Shown here: positions 30,250 through 41,232 of the stretch, one piece after another | Layout of the letters: every line of letters starts with the position of its first letter | How positions within the stretch are numbered: the first letter of the stretch is position 1 | NCBI GenBank assembly: GCA_963700635.1 | Contig: CAVOYH010000003.1 | Coordinates: 832,001 to 896,000, forward strand | Direction of reading: 5' to 3' | DNA: 64,000 bases | Source of the DNA: an uncultured Bacteroidota bacterium | GTDB lineage: Bacteria; Bacteroidota; Ignavibacteria; UBA10030; UBA6906 | The notes under the pieces: model-generated | What the model saw: only the letters and a program-made list of their open reading frames with translations | Databases searched by the model: none | What the model was told of the DNA's origin: nothing | Program-made: the position numbers and the translations under genes

Positions 30250-31653
30250 ATGGCACAGGTTATCAAATTTGGTACGGATGGTTGGCGGGCTGTGATCGCC
30301 GATGATTTTACGTTTGCCAATCTGGAGCGTGTCGCCCTCGCCACCGCGCGTTACTACAAGCGTCACAAGAAAATCCGCAAGGGTATTGTCATCGGGTACG
30401 ATGCGCGGTTTATGTCGCGCGAGTTCGCGGAAAAAACCGCCGAAGTGATTGCCAACACCGGCATACTGGTAAAACTGGCGGACAGCATCGTGACCACGCC
30501 GATGATTTCACTGCTGACGAAGATGGAGAACGCCGCCGGTGGTGTGGTCATTACGGCCAGCCATAATCCTGCCAAGTACAACGGCTTCAAGATCAAAGGT
30601 GATTTCGGCGGCCCGGCCCACCCGGAAATGATCAGCATGGTGGAAAAGGAACTCGCACGGGTCATGAAATTAAAGAACCTGCCGCGCGGGAAATTCACCT
30701 ATCAGCAGCTGGTTGCGAAGCGGAAGATCCTTCCCATCAGCATGAAGCAGCGGTATCTAGACGACCTGACCACAAAGATCGATCTTCCGCTCATCAAGAC
30801 GGCCGGCATCCGGATTCTCTACGATGTGATGTATGGTGCCGGTCAGTCTGCACTCCGGGACCTTCTCCCCGATGTCGCCATGATGCATGAAACCTTTAAT
30901 CCATCATTTGCCGGTGTAAATCCTGAACCGCTCGCGCAAAATCTCACGGAACTCATGAAGCGCGTGAAACAGGAAGGGTACGACATCGGTATTGCCACCG
31001 ACGGGGATGCAGATCGGATCGGCGCGGTGGATGAGAACGGAAACTTCGTGGACTCCCATCGTATCTTTGCTCTTCTGCTCAAGTATCTCTTCGAGCAGAA
31101 GGGCCTCACCGGCGAGGTGGTGAAATCGTTCTCGGTGACGCAGATGATAAACGATCAGTGTGCGAAGTACGGTCTGACGATGCATGAAACCGCCATCGGA
31201 TTCAAGCATATCTGCCGTCTGATGACCGAACGAAATGTGCTTATCGGCGGGGAAGAGAGCGGTGGTCTGGGTGTCAAGGGCCACATCCCGGAACGCGACG
31301 GCATCTTTCTCGGACTGCTTCTCTGTGAAATGATGGCCGTCCGCCGCGCATCACTTGGCACGCTCGTGCAGGAACTGATGGATGAGTACGGACAGCACGA
31401 ATTCAAACGGATTGATCTGCATGTTACCGAAAAGGAAAAAGCAGCAATCATGGCGAAGTATCGGCGCGGTGTAAAGACACTTGCCGGGTACCCCGTCACG
31501 GGACGGATGGATACGGACGGGTTCAAGTTCTTTGTCCATCGCGGATGGGTTCTTGTCCGTGCTTCAGGCACTGAACCGCTCATCCGGTTCTATGCGGAGG
31601 GTGACAGCACCGCTATGGTGGATGCGCTTCTCGCAGCAGCAACACAACGGTGA
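30250..31653 (+). CDS. Phosphoglucomutase/phosphomannomutase family protein
   Basis: FGTDGWR, TASHNP, DGDADR, GEESGG and RASGTEP. Confidence 0.93.
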   Translation: MAQVIKFGTDGWRAVIADDFTFANLERVALATARYYKRHKKIRKGIVIGYDARFMSREFAEKTAEVIANTGILVKLADSIVTTPMISLLTKMENAAGGVVITASHNPAKYNGFKIKGDFGGPAHPEMISMVEKELARVMKLKNLPRGKFTYQQLVAKRKILPISMKQRYLDDLTTKIDLPLIKTAGIRILYDVMYGAGQSALRDLLPDVAMMHETFNPSFAGVNPEPLAQNLTELMKRVKQEGYDIGIATDGDADRIGAVDENGNFVDSHRIFALLLKYLFEQKGLTGEVVKSFSVTQMINDQCAKYGLTMHETAIGFKHICRLMTERNVLIGGEESGGLGVKGHIPERDGIFLGLLLCEMMAVRRASLGTLVQELMDEYGQHEFKRIDLHVTEKEKAAIMAKYRRGVKTLAGYPVTGRMDTDGFKFFVHRGWVLVRASGTEPLIRFYAEGDSTAMVDALLAAATQR

Positions 31654-31755
31654 GGTAATGCTGTCCAACTTCTCGTTCTTTCTCCATCCGGCCAGCTCTT
31701 CGATCTTCCGGACGCAGGAGCCAGAGACACAGAGAGCGACACGAAGGAACGATTT

Positions 31756-33072
31756 ATGTCATCCATGATCTACTATACCATCATGCCCGATGGCACGGTG
31801 AAGCAATTAAATCCGTTCACCGGCACGGAAGTCTGGGCTGTGGCAGGACGCCGCGGTAAGCCGATTGCAAACGATGTCAAGCATACCGCGATGCCGCTTG
31901 AGATACATGATCCCGAAGACTACTGCAGTTTTTGCTCGCCACGGTATTTCGAAACCGCTCCCGAAAAATCACGCCTCATCTGTACCAACGGAACCTGGCA
32001 GAGGGTAGACCTTCTTGCTCCGGACCGGTACTTTGAAACCGTAGCCGAGTTCCGGCGTACGGGGAACATGTTTGAAATCGTGACGCTGGATTACTGGCGG
32101 AAGAACTACGCCTACCGAATGCCCGCTTCGCGTGTGAAGTGGCGGGAAGACTATCTGGCGATCCCGACCGGACTCAAACACATTACGGATATCGTGCAAT
32201 ATAAGCTCCGCCGCGAGGGGAAGTCGGACGATCAGATTGAAAAAATGCCGATGGCGGAGAAACTTGCGGTCGCCGATGCGTTCTTCGGCGGCGGGCACGA
32301 AATGATCATCGCCCGGCATCACTACAAAGAAGACGCCACGCACGAGACCGAATTGTATTCGTCCGGTGAAATGACGGAGGAGGAGCATTTCTGGTATTTC
32401 AAGCTGACCATTGATGCGATCCGGGACATCACGCTGAACAACCGGTACGTCCGATATATCAGCGTGTTCCAGAACTGGCTGCGGCCGGCAGGTGCATCAT
32501 TTGATCACCTGCACAAACAGCTGGTGTCTCTTGACGAATGGGGCGCCTCCATTCAGAACCAGATCAGGATGTTGCGCGACGACGCCAATGTATTCAATGA
32601 ATTCGGGGTCAACTTCGCCGCGCACCACAATCTTGTGTTTGCGGAGAATGATTTTGCCATTGCGTATGCAGGCATCGGACACCGCTACCCGACCATCGAG
32701 ATTTATTCGCGTTCACAGGCCGGACGGCCGTATGAGCACACGGACGAAGAGATCCGTGGTATCAGCAATCTGGTCCATGCAATCCATGCGGCAATGGGAA
32801 GTCAGATCTCCTGCAACGAGGAATGGTATTACACGCCGATCGATGCAGTGTACAAGATGCCCTGGCATGTGCTCATCAAATGGCGCGTCACCGTACCGGC
32901 CGGCTTCGAAGGGGGGACGAGTATTTTTATCAACCCTATGACACCGATCGATCTCCGTGACAAAATGGTGCCGCGCCTCTACAAGCTGAGGGATGAGGGA
33001 AAAATCGGGTGGGTGCGGATCGCTGAAGAATGCAGAGTCGATCCGAACCCGCTGAAGTACTACCTGAAGTAG
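31756..33072 (+). CDS. DUF4921 family GalT/HIT-like nucleotidyltransferase
   Basis: DGTVKQLNPFTGTEVW, CSFC and FQNWLRPAGASFDHLHKQ (HxHxQ). Confidence 0.78.
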   Translation: MSSMIYYTIMPDGTVKQLNPFTGTEVWAVAGRRGKPIANDVKHTAMPLEIHDPEDYCSFCSPRYFETAPEKSRLICTNGTWQRVDLLAPDRYFETVAEFRRTGNMFEIVTLDYWRKNYAYRMPASRVKWREDYLAIPTGLKHITDIVQYKLRREGKSDDQIEKMPMAEKLAVADAFFGGGHEMIIARHHYKEDATHETELYSSGEMTEEEHFWYFKLTIDAIRDITLNNRYVRYISVFQNWLRPAGASFDHLHKQLVSLDEWGASIQNQIRMLRDDANVFNEFGVNFAAHHNLVFAENDFAIAYAGIGHRYPTIEIYSRSQAGRPYEHTDEEIRGISNLVHAIHAAMGSQISCNEEWYYTPIDAVYKMPWHVLIKWRVTVPAGFEGGTSIFINPMTPIDLRDKMVPRLYKLRDEGKIGWVRIAEECRVDPNPLKYYLK

Positions 33073-33140
33073 CAGACCGCACCCTGGACCGGCATCCCGC
33101 GCTGGCACTACGGCGGGCTCCGAACACCCCCTCCACCAGT

Positions 33141-35105
33141 ATGATCTCTGCCGTCGACATATCGCTGCAGTATGGTGAACGGCGCCTCCTTGACGCCGTG
33201 ACGTTTCATGTTGGTTCTCACGACCGCATCGGACTGGTCGGATCCAACGGCTCGGGAAAATCCACCCTCCTCCATATCCTCCTCGGTGACATGAAGCCGG
33301 ACAGCGGGACCGTGACCCGCGCCCGCTACGTGACGGCGGGATACCTTCCCCAGGAAGGAATCGCGCTGGCCGGACGATCGCTGTACGACGAAGTGGAGTC
33401 CGTGTTCGAGGATATCGTACAAACCCAGCAGGAATTGACACAGGTACAGGAAGCGATGGCCACGGAGCCGCACGACACGGAGGCCTTCCGCGAATTGCTC
33501 GATATCTACGGCGAGCTCCAGCACCGGCTTGAAGCCTCCGACGGCTTTCGCATGCAATCCCTGATTGAAAAGGTTCTCACCGGCCTGGGATTCCAGAAGC
33601 GGGATTTTACGCGACTCACCGAAGAATTCAGCGGTGGATGGCAGATGCGCATCGCACTGGCGAAACTCCTGCTGCGCCAGCCCTCACTGTTGCTCCTGGA
33701 CGAACCGACGAATCACCTTGACCTCGATTCTCTGCAATGGCTGGAAGAGTATCTGCAGGAGTATGAAGGCGCGGTGATTCTGGTCTCACACGACCGGCGG
33801 TTTCTGGATATCATGACACGCCGGACATTTGAACTTTCGGGGGCACGCCTGATTGAATATGCGGGCAATTATACCTTTTCCCTGAGCGCACGCGAGGAAC
33901 GGAAGGCCCATCAGGCTGCGGCGTACAGCAATCAACAGCAACAGATCAAGCAGACGGAACGGTTTATCGAACGGTTCCGCTATAAGGCCACAAAGGCACG
34001 GCAGGTCCAGAGCCGCATAAAGGCGCTGGAGAAGCTGGAGCGGGTAGAGATCGAAGACGATGAGAGTGGCATCCGCTTCAAATTCCCTCCCGCTCCGTCG
34101 TCCGGACGTGTGCTGATGGAATGCCGGGAGATTACCAAGGCCTACGGGTCCCTGAAGGTATTCCGGGAACTGTCGTTGACCATCGATCGTGGTGACCGGA
34201 TCGCCTTCGTCGGCGTCAACGGAGCGGGAAAATCCACCCTTGCCAGAATAATCGCCGGTGTGGAACCCTTTGACACCGGGGAGCGAATGCCCGGACACAA
34301 TGTCAGCGTGTCGTATTTCGCGCAACACCAGGCTGAAGACCTGGATCCGACGCTGGATGTGCTGCAGACGGTTGACGCCGTTGCCGCCGGCGACATCCGG
34401 GCCCGGCTCCGTTCACTGTTGGGCGCTTTTCTGTTCACCGGCGATGATGTGTTCAAGAAAGTCGGAGTGCTTTCTGGAGGTGAAAAAAGCCGTCTGGCTC
34501 TTGCGAAGATGCTCCTGAAGCCGGCAAATCTCATCGTGCTGGATGAACCGACAAACCATCTGGATATGCGGTCGAAGGAGGTTCTCCAGCGCGCGCTCGG
34601 AGAGTTCGACGGGAGTCTGATCGTGGTGTCACACGACCGTGATTTTCTTGACCCTCTGGTGACAAAAGTGGTAGAATTTAAGGACCTGGGAATACGCACG
34701 TATCTTGGAACGGTGAGCGACTTTCTTGAAACACGCCGGCGCGAACAGGATGCGGGAAAAGCTTCAGTGGACTTCCGGCCGCAACCCGCCGTTACAGCCG
34801 ATCGCGACCGCAAACGCCGTGAAGCGGAACTCCGGCAGGAACGCTACGAGAAAACACGTCCGCTGCAAAAACGGCTCACTTCTCTGGAACAACGGATCAA
34901 GGAAGCGGAATCGACGAAGAATCTTCTGGAACAGCAGATGGCTGATCCGGAATTGTACCGCGGGCCCGATCGTATCCGCGAGATCCAGCTCTCCTACCAG
35001 ACAGTCGGAGAAACGCTCCAATCCCTGTATCATCAATGGGGAGCGGTGTCGGAAGATCTCGAGCGGTGGATGACGCACTTCGATGCAGAAATACAACGGC
35101 GATGA
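33141..35105 (+). CDS. ABC-F family ATPase (ribosome-associated)
   Basis: Two ABC cassettes (GSNGSGKST/SGGW/DEPTNHLD and GVNGAGKST/SGGEK/DEPTNHLD), no TM segments, C-terminal coiled coil. Confidence 0.92.
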   Translation: MISAVDISLQYGERRLLDAVTFHVGSHDRIGLVGSNGSGKSTLLHILLGDMKPDSGTVTRARYVTAGYLPQEGIALAGRSLYDEVESVFEDIVQTQQELTQVQEAMATEPHDTEAFRELLDIYGELQHRLEASDGFRMQSLIEKVLTGLGFQKRDFTRLTEEFSGGWQMRIALAKLLLRQPSLLLLDEPTNHLDLDSLQWLEEYLQEYEGAVILVSHDRRFLDIMTRRTFELSGARLIEYAGNYTFSLSAREERKAHQAAAYSNQQQQIKQTERFIERFRYKATKARQVQSRIKALEKLERVEIEDDESGIRFKFPPAPSSGRVLMECREITKAYGSLKVFRELSLTIDRGDRIAFVGVNGAGKSTLARIIAGVEPFDTGERMPGHNVSVSYFAQHQAEDLDPTLDVLQTVDAVAAGDIRARLRSLLGAFLFTGDDVFKKVGVLSGGEKSRLALAKMLLKPANLIVLDEPTNHLDMRSKEVLQRALGEFDGSLIVVSHDRDFLDPLVTKVVEFKDLGIRTYLGTVSDFLETRRREQDAGKASVDFRPQPAVTADRDRKRREAELRQERYEKTRPLQKRLTSLEQRIKEAESTKNLLEQQMADPELYRGPDRIREIQLSYQTVGETLQSLYHQWGAVSEDLERWMTHFDAEIQRR

Positions 35106-36535
35106 AACGAGGAGACCTTGTCACGCTGGTTGTGGAACGCTTCGGCGCAGAAGGAAAGAGTGTTGCTCGCGTCGAAGGGTTTGTGGTATTCGTGCGCGGT
35201 GGTGTTCCCGGCGATACGCTGACAGTGCGCCTGACCCGGGTGCGGAAGAGCTTCGCTGATGCGGAGACCGTCTCCGTTCTCACACCTTCCCCCCTGCGTA
35301 CCACACCCCGGTGCAGGTTCTTTGGCGTCTGTGGAGGCTGTACGTGGCAACACCTTTCGTATGAGGGGCAATGTGAATTCAAACGCCAGCAGGTGATCGA
35401 TGCGCTGGAACGGATCGGCGATTTTGAAGGTGTCCGCGTGCATCCCACCATCGGTTCGGAAAACGTGTACTACTACCGGAACAAGATGGAATTCTCCTTC
35501 GGGGTGCGATGGCTGACCCAGGAAGAACTTGCCGTGATGCCCCCGGCGCATGAATCAGACTCGACAGTCGACCGGTTCGCGCTGGGGCTGCACATACCAC
35601 GACGCTTCGACCGTGTACTGGACATCACCGAATGCCATCTGCAATCCCCCGCCAGCGCAGCTATCGTGAACGCGGTACGTGTCTTTGCCAGAGACCATCA
35701 GCTCTCTATCTATTCCACCACCACGCATACAGGGTACCTGCGAAACCTTGTCATCCGCGAAGCGCAGAAGACGGGTGAACGGATGGTGAACCTTGTTACC
35801 TCGGAAGAACGTCCGGCATTGATGAATGAGTTTGTACAGATGATCCTCTCCCAGTTTCCAGAGACCACCACGATTGTCAACAATATTACAACGCGCAAGT
35901 CCCAGGTCGCTCTTGGCGATCGCGAAGTAGTGCTCTACGGGTCGGGGTGGATAACGGACCGGATCGGTACGCGGACATACAGGATATCCTCCAATTCGTT
36001 CTTTCAGACGAACACCGTGCAGGCCGAACATCTGTACAACGTGGTGCGCCGGTATGCGGCCATTCAGCCACACGAGACGGTCTACGATCTCTACTCGGGC
36101 ACCGGCACCATCGCCCTGCATGTCGCCGGTGATGCCGCAGCGGTAATCGGGATTGAATCGGTGGGCTCCGCAGTTGAGGATGCCCGGCAGAATGCCGAAG
36201 CCAACGGAGTCCACAATTGTACGTTTCTTCTTGGGGATCTGAAAGACCAGCTGGCCGAGATTCCCCCGGGAGTACGTCCGCAGACAAAACCGCACGTTGT
36301 GCTCTGTGATCCGCCCCGGGCGGGCATGCATCCCAATGTTGTGGAGACGCTCCGCGCCATGCATCCGGACCGTATTGTGTACGTGAGCTGCAATCCCGCA
36401 ACCCAGGCCAGGGATTTGAAGATGTTGTGTGAAGACGGAACGTATCACCTGATCGAAGCACAGCCGGTCGATATGTTTCCGCACACCACGCATGTCGAGA
36501 ATGTCGCAGTCCTTCTCTCCAGGGGAAACGCTTGA
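35102..36535 (+). CDS. rlmD: 23S rRNA m5U1939 methyltransferase
   Basis: TRAM domain, CRFFGVCGGC, SFFQTN, DPPRAG, YVSCNPATQARD and DMFPHTTHVE. Confidence 0.92.
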   Translation: MKRGDLVTLVVERFGAEGKSVARVEGFVVFVRGGVPGDTLTVRLTRVRKSFADAETVSVLTPSPLRTTPRCRFFGVCGGCTWQHLSYEGQCEFKRQQVIDALERIGDFEGVRVHPTIGSENVYYYRNKMEFSFGVRWLTQEELAVMPPAHESDSTVDRFALGLHIPRRFDRVLDITECHLQSPASAAIVNAVRVFARDHQLSIYSTTTHTGYLRNLVIREAQKTGERMVNLVTSEERPALMNEFVQMILSQFPETTTIVNNITTRKSQVALGDREVVLYGSGWITDRIGTRTYRISSNSFFQTNTVQAEHLYNVVRRYAAIQPHETVYDLYSGTGTIALHVAGDAAAVIGIESVGSAVEDARQNAEANGVHNCTFLLGDLKDQLAEIPPGVRPQTKPHVVLCDPPRAGMHPNVVETLRAMHPDRIVYVSCNPATQARDLKMLCEDGTYHLIEAQPVDMFPHTTHVENVAVLLSRGNA

Positions 36536-38988
36536 TGCGCACGCGGATCGTATCGATTCTTACACTGTCCATGCTCCTCTCCGCAGGTGCGCCCGGGCAA
36601 ACGGCCCTCAAGCAGATCCGTGCTGTGCGGACGCAGGTGAGTCCGCGGCTTGATGGTCTGCTCGATGATGCATGCTGGCGGCAGGCGCCTCCGGTGACGG
36701 ATTTTGTGCAGTTTGATCCGGTGGAAGGGAGTCCGCCCACCGAACAGACCATCGTCCGGTTGCTGTATGACGATGATGCGCTGTATGTCGGGGTACTCTG
36801 TGCCGACCGGCATCCCGAGCGGATTGTGCGTCAGCTCAGCCGGCGTGATCGGTCAACAGAAGCAGACCGCTTCACCGTGATGATTGATTCGTACATGGAT
36901 CGGCAGACGGCATTTGTCTTCTCCACAAACGTGTCCGGAGTACAGAGCGATGGGATCCTGTCGCAGGGTGGAAGTGTGTATGACAACAGCTGGGATGCGG
37001 TATGGACGGCGAAGACCCGCGTGGGGAAACCGGGGTGGTCTGCGGAATTTGCGATTCCCTGGAATGCCCTCCGGTTCGCCCGGGGCGCCTACCGGTGGGG
37101 CATCAATTTCCGGCGATACATCAGCCGTAAGAAGGAAGTCCTGGAATGGGTCATGGTCACACGGGGCGAACTCTACTCCATTCCGCTCTGGGGGAGGATT
37201 GATGGAATCACCGGGATCACGCCGCCCCTGCACCTCGAAGTTGCACCATATCTTTCAGCGACCCGGACAATGAATACAGGGATCGTCGGACCTGCTGCAC
37301 CTTCAGGAAACACATGGGCTGTCGGGGGTGACATTAAGTATGGTGTTTCAAAAAACTTCACACTGGACGCCACCGTAAATCCGGATTTCGGACAAGTGGA
37401 GGTGGATCAGGCGGTGTTGAATCTCACTGTTTTTGAGACACGCTACCCGGAGAAACGGCCGTTCTTTGTGGAAGGTGCGCAGATGTTCACCTTCGGGGCA
37501 AGTGTGGACAATACTCCGCTCACCCTGTTTTTCTCGCGACGTCTGGGAAGGCAGCCTCGTTCTGCCTCGTCCGTGGCGCATACAAAGGGGGGGTGGGGGG
37601 GAACGAGTCTTGAACAGAATCCACAGGTAACAACAATTCTGGGTGCGGCAAAAGTCACCGGGCGCACGGCAGGCGGATTGTCCATCGCAGCTCTTGCCTC
37701 TGCAACGGACGAAGAATATGCGCTCTTCCGAGGGAACGATGGATCAACCTACCGGAGCCGTACGGAACCTCGTGCATCGTACAATGTTATGAGGCTCAAA
37801 CAGGAATGGAAAAACGGCAGCTGGTGGGGTGGTATGGCCACATTTACAGCGCTTCAGGGCAACAATCCTGTGTTCTCCGGTGGATCCGACTGGAACCTGC
37901 GGATGCTGGGCGGCCGGTACACAATGGATGGCTATCTTGCGGGGACCCAGGAAGGACGCGTCGGCGGCAGTGCGGGACGTCTTCTGTTCTCACGCATCAG
38001 TGAAGAACACTGGTTTCCGACCGTATCGTATGATTTCTACTCACCAAAGTTTGAACCGAATGACATCGGCTTTTTCGCCCAACCCCATGATCACGGCGGT
38101 TATGGACAGCTTGTGTACAGGGAGAACGCATCCACCGGCCCGTTTCTACGCTACTACTTTGCATTAAACCCCGAGGCCCGCTGGAATTGGGACGGTGCAC
38201 GAACCCACACACTGGTCCGCACTGAAGCAATCGTGGAATTCCGAAATTTCTGGGAAACGACGCTGTCATACCTCCGTTCGTTCCCGGCGTATGATGATGA
38301 AGAGAAGGGAATTCTGGGCCTGTATCGGCGTCCTGGAGGTCACACGGGTACGGTGAAGGTGCAGACCGACGACCGTCATATGATCTCCGCATCTTTGCTC
38401 GCCGGCTATGAGCGAGATGATCTCCGAAAATCGACGCTCCTGAGTCAGATTGCGGTAACCTACCGCCCATCATCGTGGATGGAGGTGAGTCCGGTCGTGT
38501 ATTATCAGCGAACCCGCGGCGAGGAAGCGTGGATCTACCCTGACGCAAACATCCTTGACGTGGCCGTCTCTCCCCGGCCCTTCAGCGTATTCGGCGACAG
38601 GGACGTAGAGTTGCTGGATCTGTCAGTGCGGGGCATCGTAACATTTACGCGAACGCTCAGTCTGCAGTTTTTCACGCAAGTGTTCTGGGCGCGTGGTACG
38701 TACACGGGATTCCGGCGCCTGGTAAACCCCGGCTCATTAGCGCCGTATGACTATGAAGCACACCCGTCATTCTATAATCATGATTTTAACAGTGTCACCT
38801 TTAATGCGAACGTCCTGCTGCGCTGGGAATATCTTCCCGGCAGCACGCTCTATCTGGTGTGGACGCAGGAACGTGAGGGGGACACCGGGGTCTACAGGCA
38901 GGGAGTACGGGAGAGGGTTGGGGATGTGTTCCGTCTTCCGCGGGAAGATGTGGTGATGGTGAAGGGAACGTACTGGTTCTCGTTCTGA
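36535..38988 (+). CDS. CBM9-like + DUF5916 outer-membrane protein
   Basis: Signal peptide, LDGLLDD..W, LYDDDALYV, WSAEFAIP, TVNPDFGQVEVD and EKRPFFVEG; C-terminal YWFSF. Confidence 0.82.
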   Translation: MRTRIVSILTLSMLLSAGAPGQTALKQIRAVRTQVSPRLDGLLDDACWRQAPPVTDFVQFDPVEGSPPTEQTIVRLLYDDDALYVGVLCADRHPERIVRQLSRRDRSTEADRFTVMIDSYMDRQTAFVFSTNVSGVQSDGILSQGGSVYDNSWDAVWTAKTRVGKPGWSAEFAIPWNALRFARGAYRWGINFRRYISRKKEVLEWVMVTRGELYSIPLWGRIDGITGITPPLHLEVAPYLSATRTMNTGIVGPAAPSGNTWAVGGDIKYGVSKNFTLDATVNPDFGQVEVDQAVLNLTVFETRYPEKRPFFVEGAQMFTFGASVDNTPLTLFFSRRLGRQPRSASSVAHTKGGWGGTSLEQNPQVTTILGAAKVTGRTAGGLSIAALASATDEEYALFRGNDGSTYRSRTEPRASYNVMRLKQEWKNGSWWGGMATFTALQGNNPVFSGGSDWNLRMLGGRYTMDGYLAGTQEGRVGGSAGRLLFSRISEEHWFPTVSYDFYSPKFEPNDIGFFAQPHDHGGYGQLVYRENASTGPFLRYYFALNPEARWNWDGARTHTLVRTEAIVEFRNFWETTLSYLRSFPAYDDEEKGILGLYRRPGGHTGTVKVQTDDRHMISASLLAGYERDDLRKSTLLSQIAVTYRPSSWMEVSPVVYYQRTRGEEAWIYPDANILDVAVSPRPFSVFGDRDVELLDLSVRGIVTFTRTLSLQFFTQVFWARGTYTGFRRLVNPGSLAPYDYEAHPSFYNHDFNSVTFNANVLLRWEYLPGSTLYLVWTQEREGDTGVYRQGVRERVGDVFRLPREDVVMVKGTYWFSF

Positions 38989-39011
38989 AGCACCGGGAAA
39001 GAGAATGTCCG

Positions 39012-39920
39012 TTATATCAACGTGCGATTAAAGAAGTCCACGATACGTCCGAAATACTCTTCGCCCCCCACGTCAGCCATATCGTTGTGTCGTGCCCCTT
39101 CGATAAGCCAGAATTCCTTCGGTTCATTGGCGTTTTCATAGACACGTTTTGAATAGCTTGCCTTGATCAGATTGTCGGCGGTACCGTGGAGGAAGAAGAT
39201 GGGAACGTGCACGTCACAAACGGCCTCAAGGGGGGAGACCGCTGATGCTTTAAAATGTGCGATTTGTTCCGACCGTTTGATTACGATATTACGCAGGTAG
39301 TGCCAGGGGAGTTTGATCATCCGCTTCTGATATTCGTCGTACACCGTCCGCAGTGTTGCAAAGCCGCTTTCTGCAACGATGCTCGCCACGCGTGAATCCA
39401 GGGCTGCCACCTGAATGGCCACGGCGGCCCCCATGGAGCTTCCCAGGAGTCCGATCTTACCCACTTCCAGATCCTTCCGTGCAAGCAGCACATTGATAAT
39501 TGTCGAGGTATCGTGTTTTTCATAGAAACCGTACGTACAATACCGGCCGCCGCTGTCGCCGTGGCGGCGGGAGTCGTACAGGAAGACGTGATACCCCGCA
39601 TCGTGAAGGTGTTTGGCAGCCGGGAGGCCAACAATCATACATTCGCTGACGCCATGCAGGACAATAACAGTTCCGCGCGCTGGTCCTTCAGCCTTGATCA
39701 ACCAGCAGTGAAGATCAATACCCTCGGCTGTCTTCAGGGTAAGCTCCTCGTGCCGGAGCCCCAGATCGGAGGGATGCAGGATATTCGTAATCCGTTTGTA
39801 GTAGTTGTATGTGCGGCGATGCGGTTGCAAGAGCATCACCGGCCCGATGACCAGCAGCACGGTGGAAATGAACACCATGAAGAGGACAATAAAAATCAGT
39901 ATGACAGCCAGAATTGTCAT
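39012..39920 (-). CDS. Membrane-anchored alpha/beta hydrolase
   Basis: N-terminal TM helix, GSSMG nucleophile, HGTAD and GARH. Confidence 0.88.
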   Translation of the reverse strand: MTILAVILIFIVLFMVFISTVLLVIGPVMLLQPHRRTYNYYKRITNILHPSDLGLRHEELTLKTAEGIDLHCWLIKAEGPARGTVIVLHGVSECMIVGLPAAKHLHDAGYHVFLYDSRRHGDSGGRYCTYGFYEKHDTSTIINVLLARKDLEVGKIGLLGSSMGAAVAIQVAALDSRVASIVAESGFATLRTVYDEYQKRMIKLPWHYLRNIVIKRSEQIAHFKASAVSPLEAVCDVHVPIFFLHGTADNLIKASYSKRVYENANEPKEFWLIEGARHNDMADVGGEEYFGRIVDFFNRTLI

Positions 39921-39925
39921 GGATC

Positions 39926-39991
39926 AATATACGTACCCTCGCTTCACGAAGCAATAAACTCTTTGCATCTGCAGGGTCAACTTCGTATGTT
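39926..39991. promoter_or_regulatory. Divergent sigma70-type promoters (hydrolase and GT4)
   Basis: Minus strand: TTGCTT-N17-TATATT (39954-39926). Plus strand: TTGCAT-N17-TATGTT (39963-39991). Confidence 0.6.
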
Positions 39992-39999
39992 GAGCAGCG

Positions 40000-41148
40000 A
40001 TGAGTACGAACGGCAGCAAACACCCCCGCCGGGTTGCGATTGTGCACGAGTGGTTCACCTCCATGCGTGGCGGTGAAAAGTGTGTGGAAGCCCTCTGTGA
40101 GGTGTTCCCCGAGGCAACCCTCTTCGTTCTGCTGCACAACGAGGGTTCGGTTTCACCGATTATCGAGCGGATGCCAATCCGCACATCGTGGATTCAGCGT
40201 CTTCCGTTCGCTGCAGAACGGTATCGTCATTACCTCCCCCTTTTTCCAGCCGCTGTCCGCTCGTTTTCCCTGAACGACTATGACCTTGTTATCAGCTCAC
40301 ATCATTGTGTGGCGAAGGGCGTTGTGACAGCTCCGGGCACGTTGCATGTGTGCTATTGTTATACACCGATGCGGTATATCTGGACCCAGTACGACGAGTA
40401 CTTCGGTCCGGAGCGCGCAGGCCTGCTCACCAGGATGGGGATGCGGCTCGTACGACCACACCTGCGTGCCTGGGACGTCAAGACCGCAACCCATCCGCAT
40501 CATTTTGTCGCCATATCCGAGAACGTGCGCCAGCGTATTCGTACGATCTACAGCCGGGAGTCGGATGTCATCTATCCTCCGGTGGAAACCGAGGCGCTGG
40601 GAGTATCCACACGGGACGAGAAGTTCGCGCTCATCGTAAGCGCACTGGTGCCGTACAAACGTGTTGACCTCGCGGTGGAGGCCTTTCAACGATTGGGAAG
40701 GCGACTGGTGGTCATCGGCGACGGACCTGATCTCCCGCGGCTGCGCACCATGGGCGGCGCCGGGGTGGAGTTCCTCGGATGGCAGTCTGACGACGTGGTC
40801 AGAGATCACTATGCGCGATGTTCCTGTGTGATCTTTCCGGGAGAAGAGGACTTCGGGATTGTTCCGGTTGAAGCAATGGCCTGCGGAAAACCTGTGATTG
40901 CCTATGCGCGTGGCGGTGCGCTCGAGACGGTGCTGGAGACGCCAACGGTGCGCACGGGAGTTCTGTTCGACGAGCAGACCCCGGACGCGCTGGCTGCTGC
41001 GGTTGAAGAGGCGGACCGTATTCGCTTTGACCCCGGGGCACTTCGCACGTTTGCCCTGCGTTTTGACCGTTCAGTGTACAAGCAGCGGATGGAACGGTAT
41101 ATTCTCCAGCGGTGGCAGGAATTTTCAGCCGGTTCACCGCAACCGTAA
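40000..41148 (+). CDS. GT4 family glycosyltransferase
   Basis: HEWFTSMRGGEK, CYCYTPMRYIW and EEDFGIVPVEAMACGKPVIAY. Confidence 0.92.
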   Translation: MSTNGSKHPRRVAIVHEWFTSMRGGEKCVEALCEVFPEATLFVLLHNEGSVSPIIERMPIRTSWIQRLPFAAERYRHYLPLFPAAVRSFSLNDYDLVISSHHCVAKGVVTAPGTLHVCYCYTPMRYIWTQYDEYFGPERAGLLTRMGMRLVRPHLRAWDVKTATHPHHFVAISENVRQRIRTIYSRESDVIYPPVETEALGVSTRDEKFALIVSALVPYKRVDLAVEAFQRLGRRLVVIGDGPDLPRLRTMGGAGVEFLGWQSDDVVRDHYARCSCVIFPGEEDFGIVPVEAMACGKPVIAYARGGALETVLETPTVRTGVLFDEQTPDALAAAVEEADRIRFDPGALRTFALRFDRSVYKQRMERYILQRWQEFSAGSPQP

Positions 41149-41232
41149 GTCCGGAAAGATGTTACCGGAATCGGCGCGTTGACTTTCGGACACCGTTTTT
41201 GTATCTTTATATTCCATATTTGCAGAAGGGGT

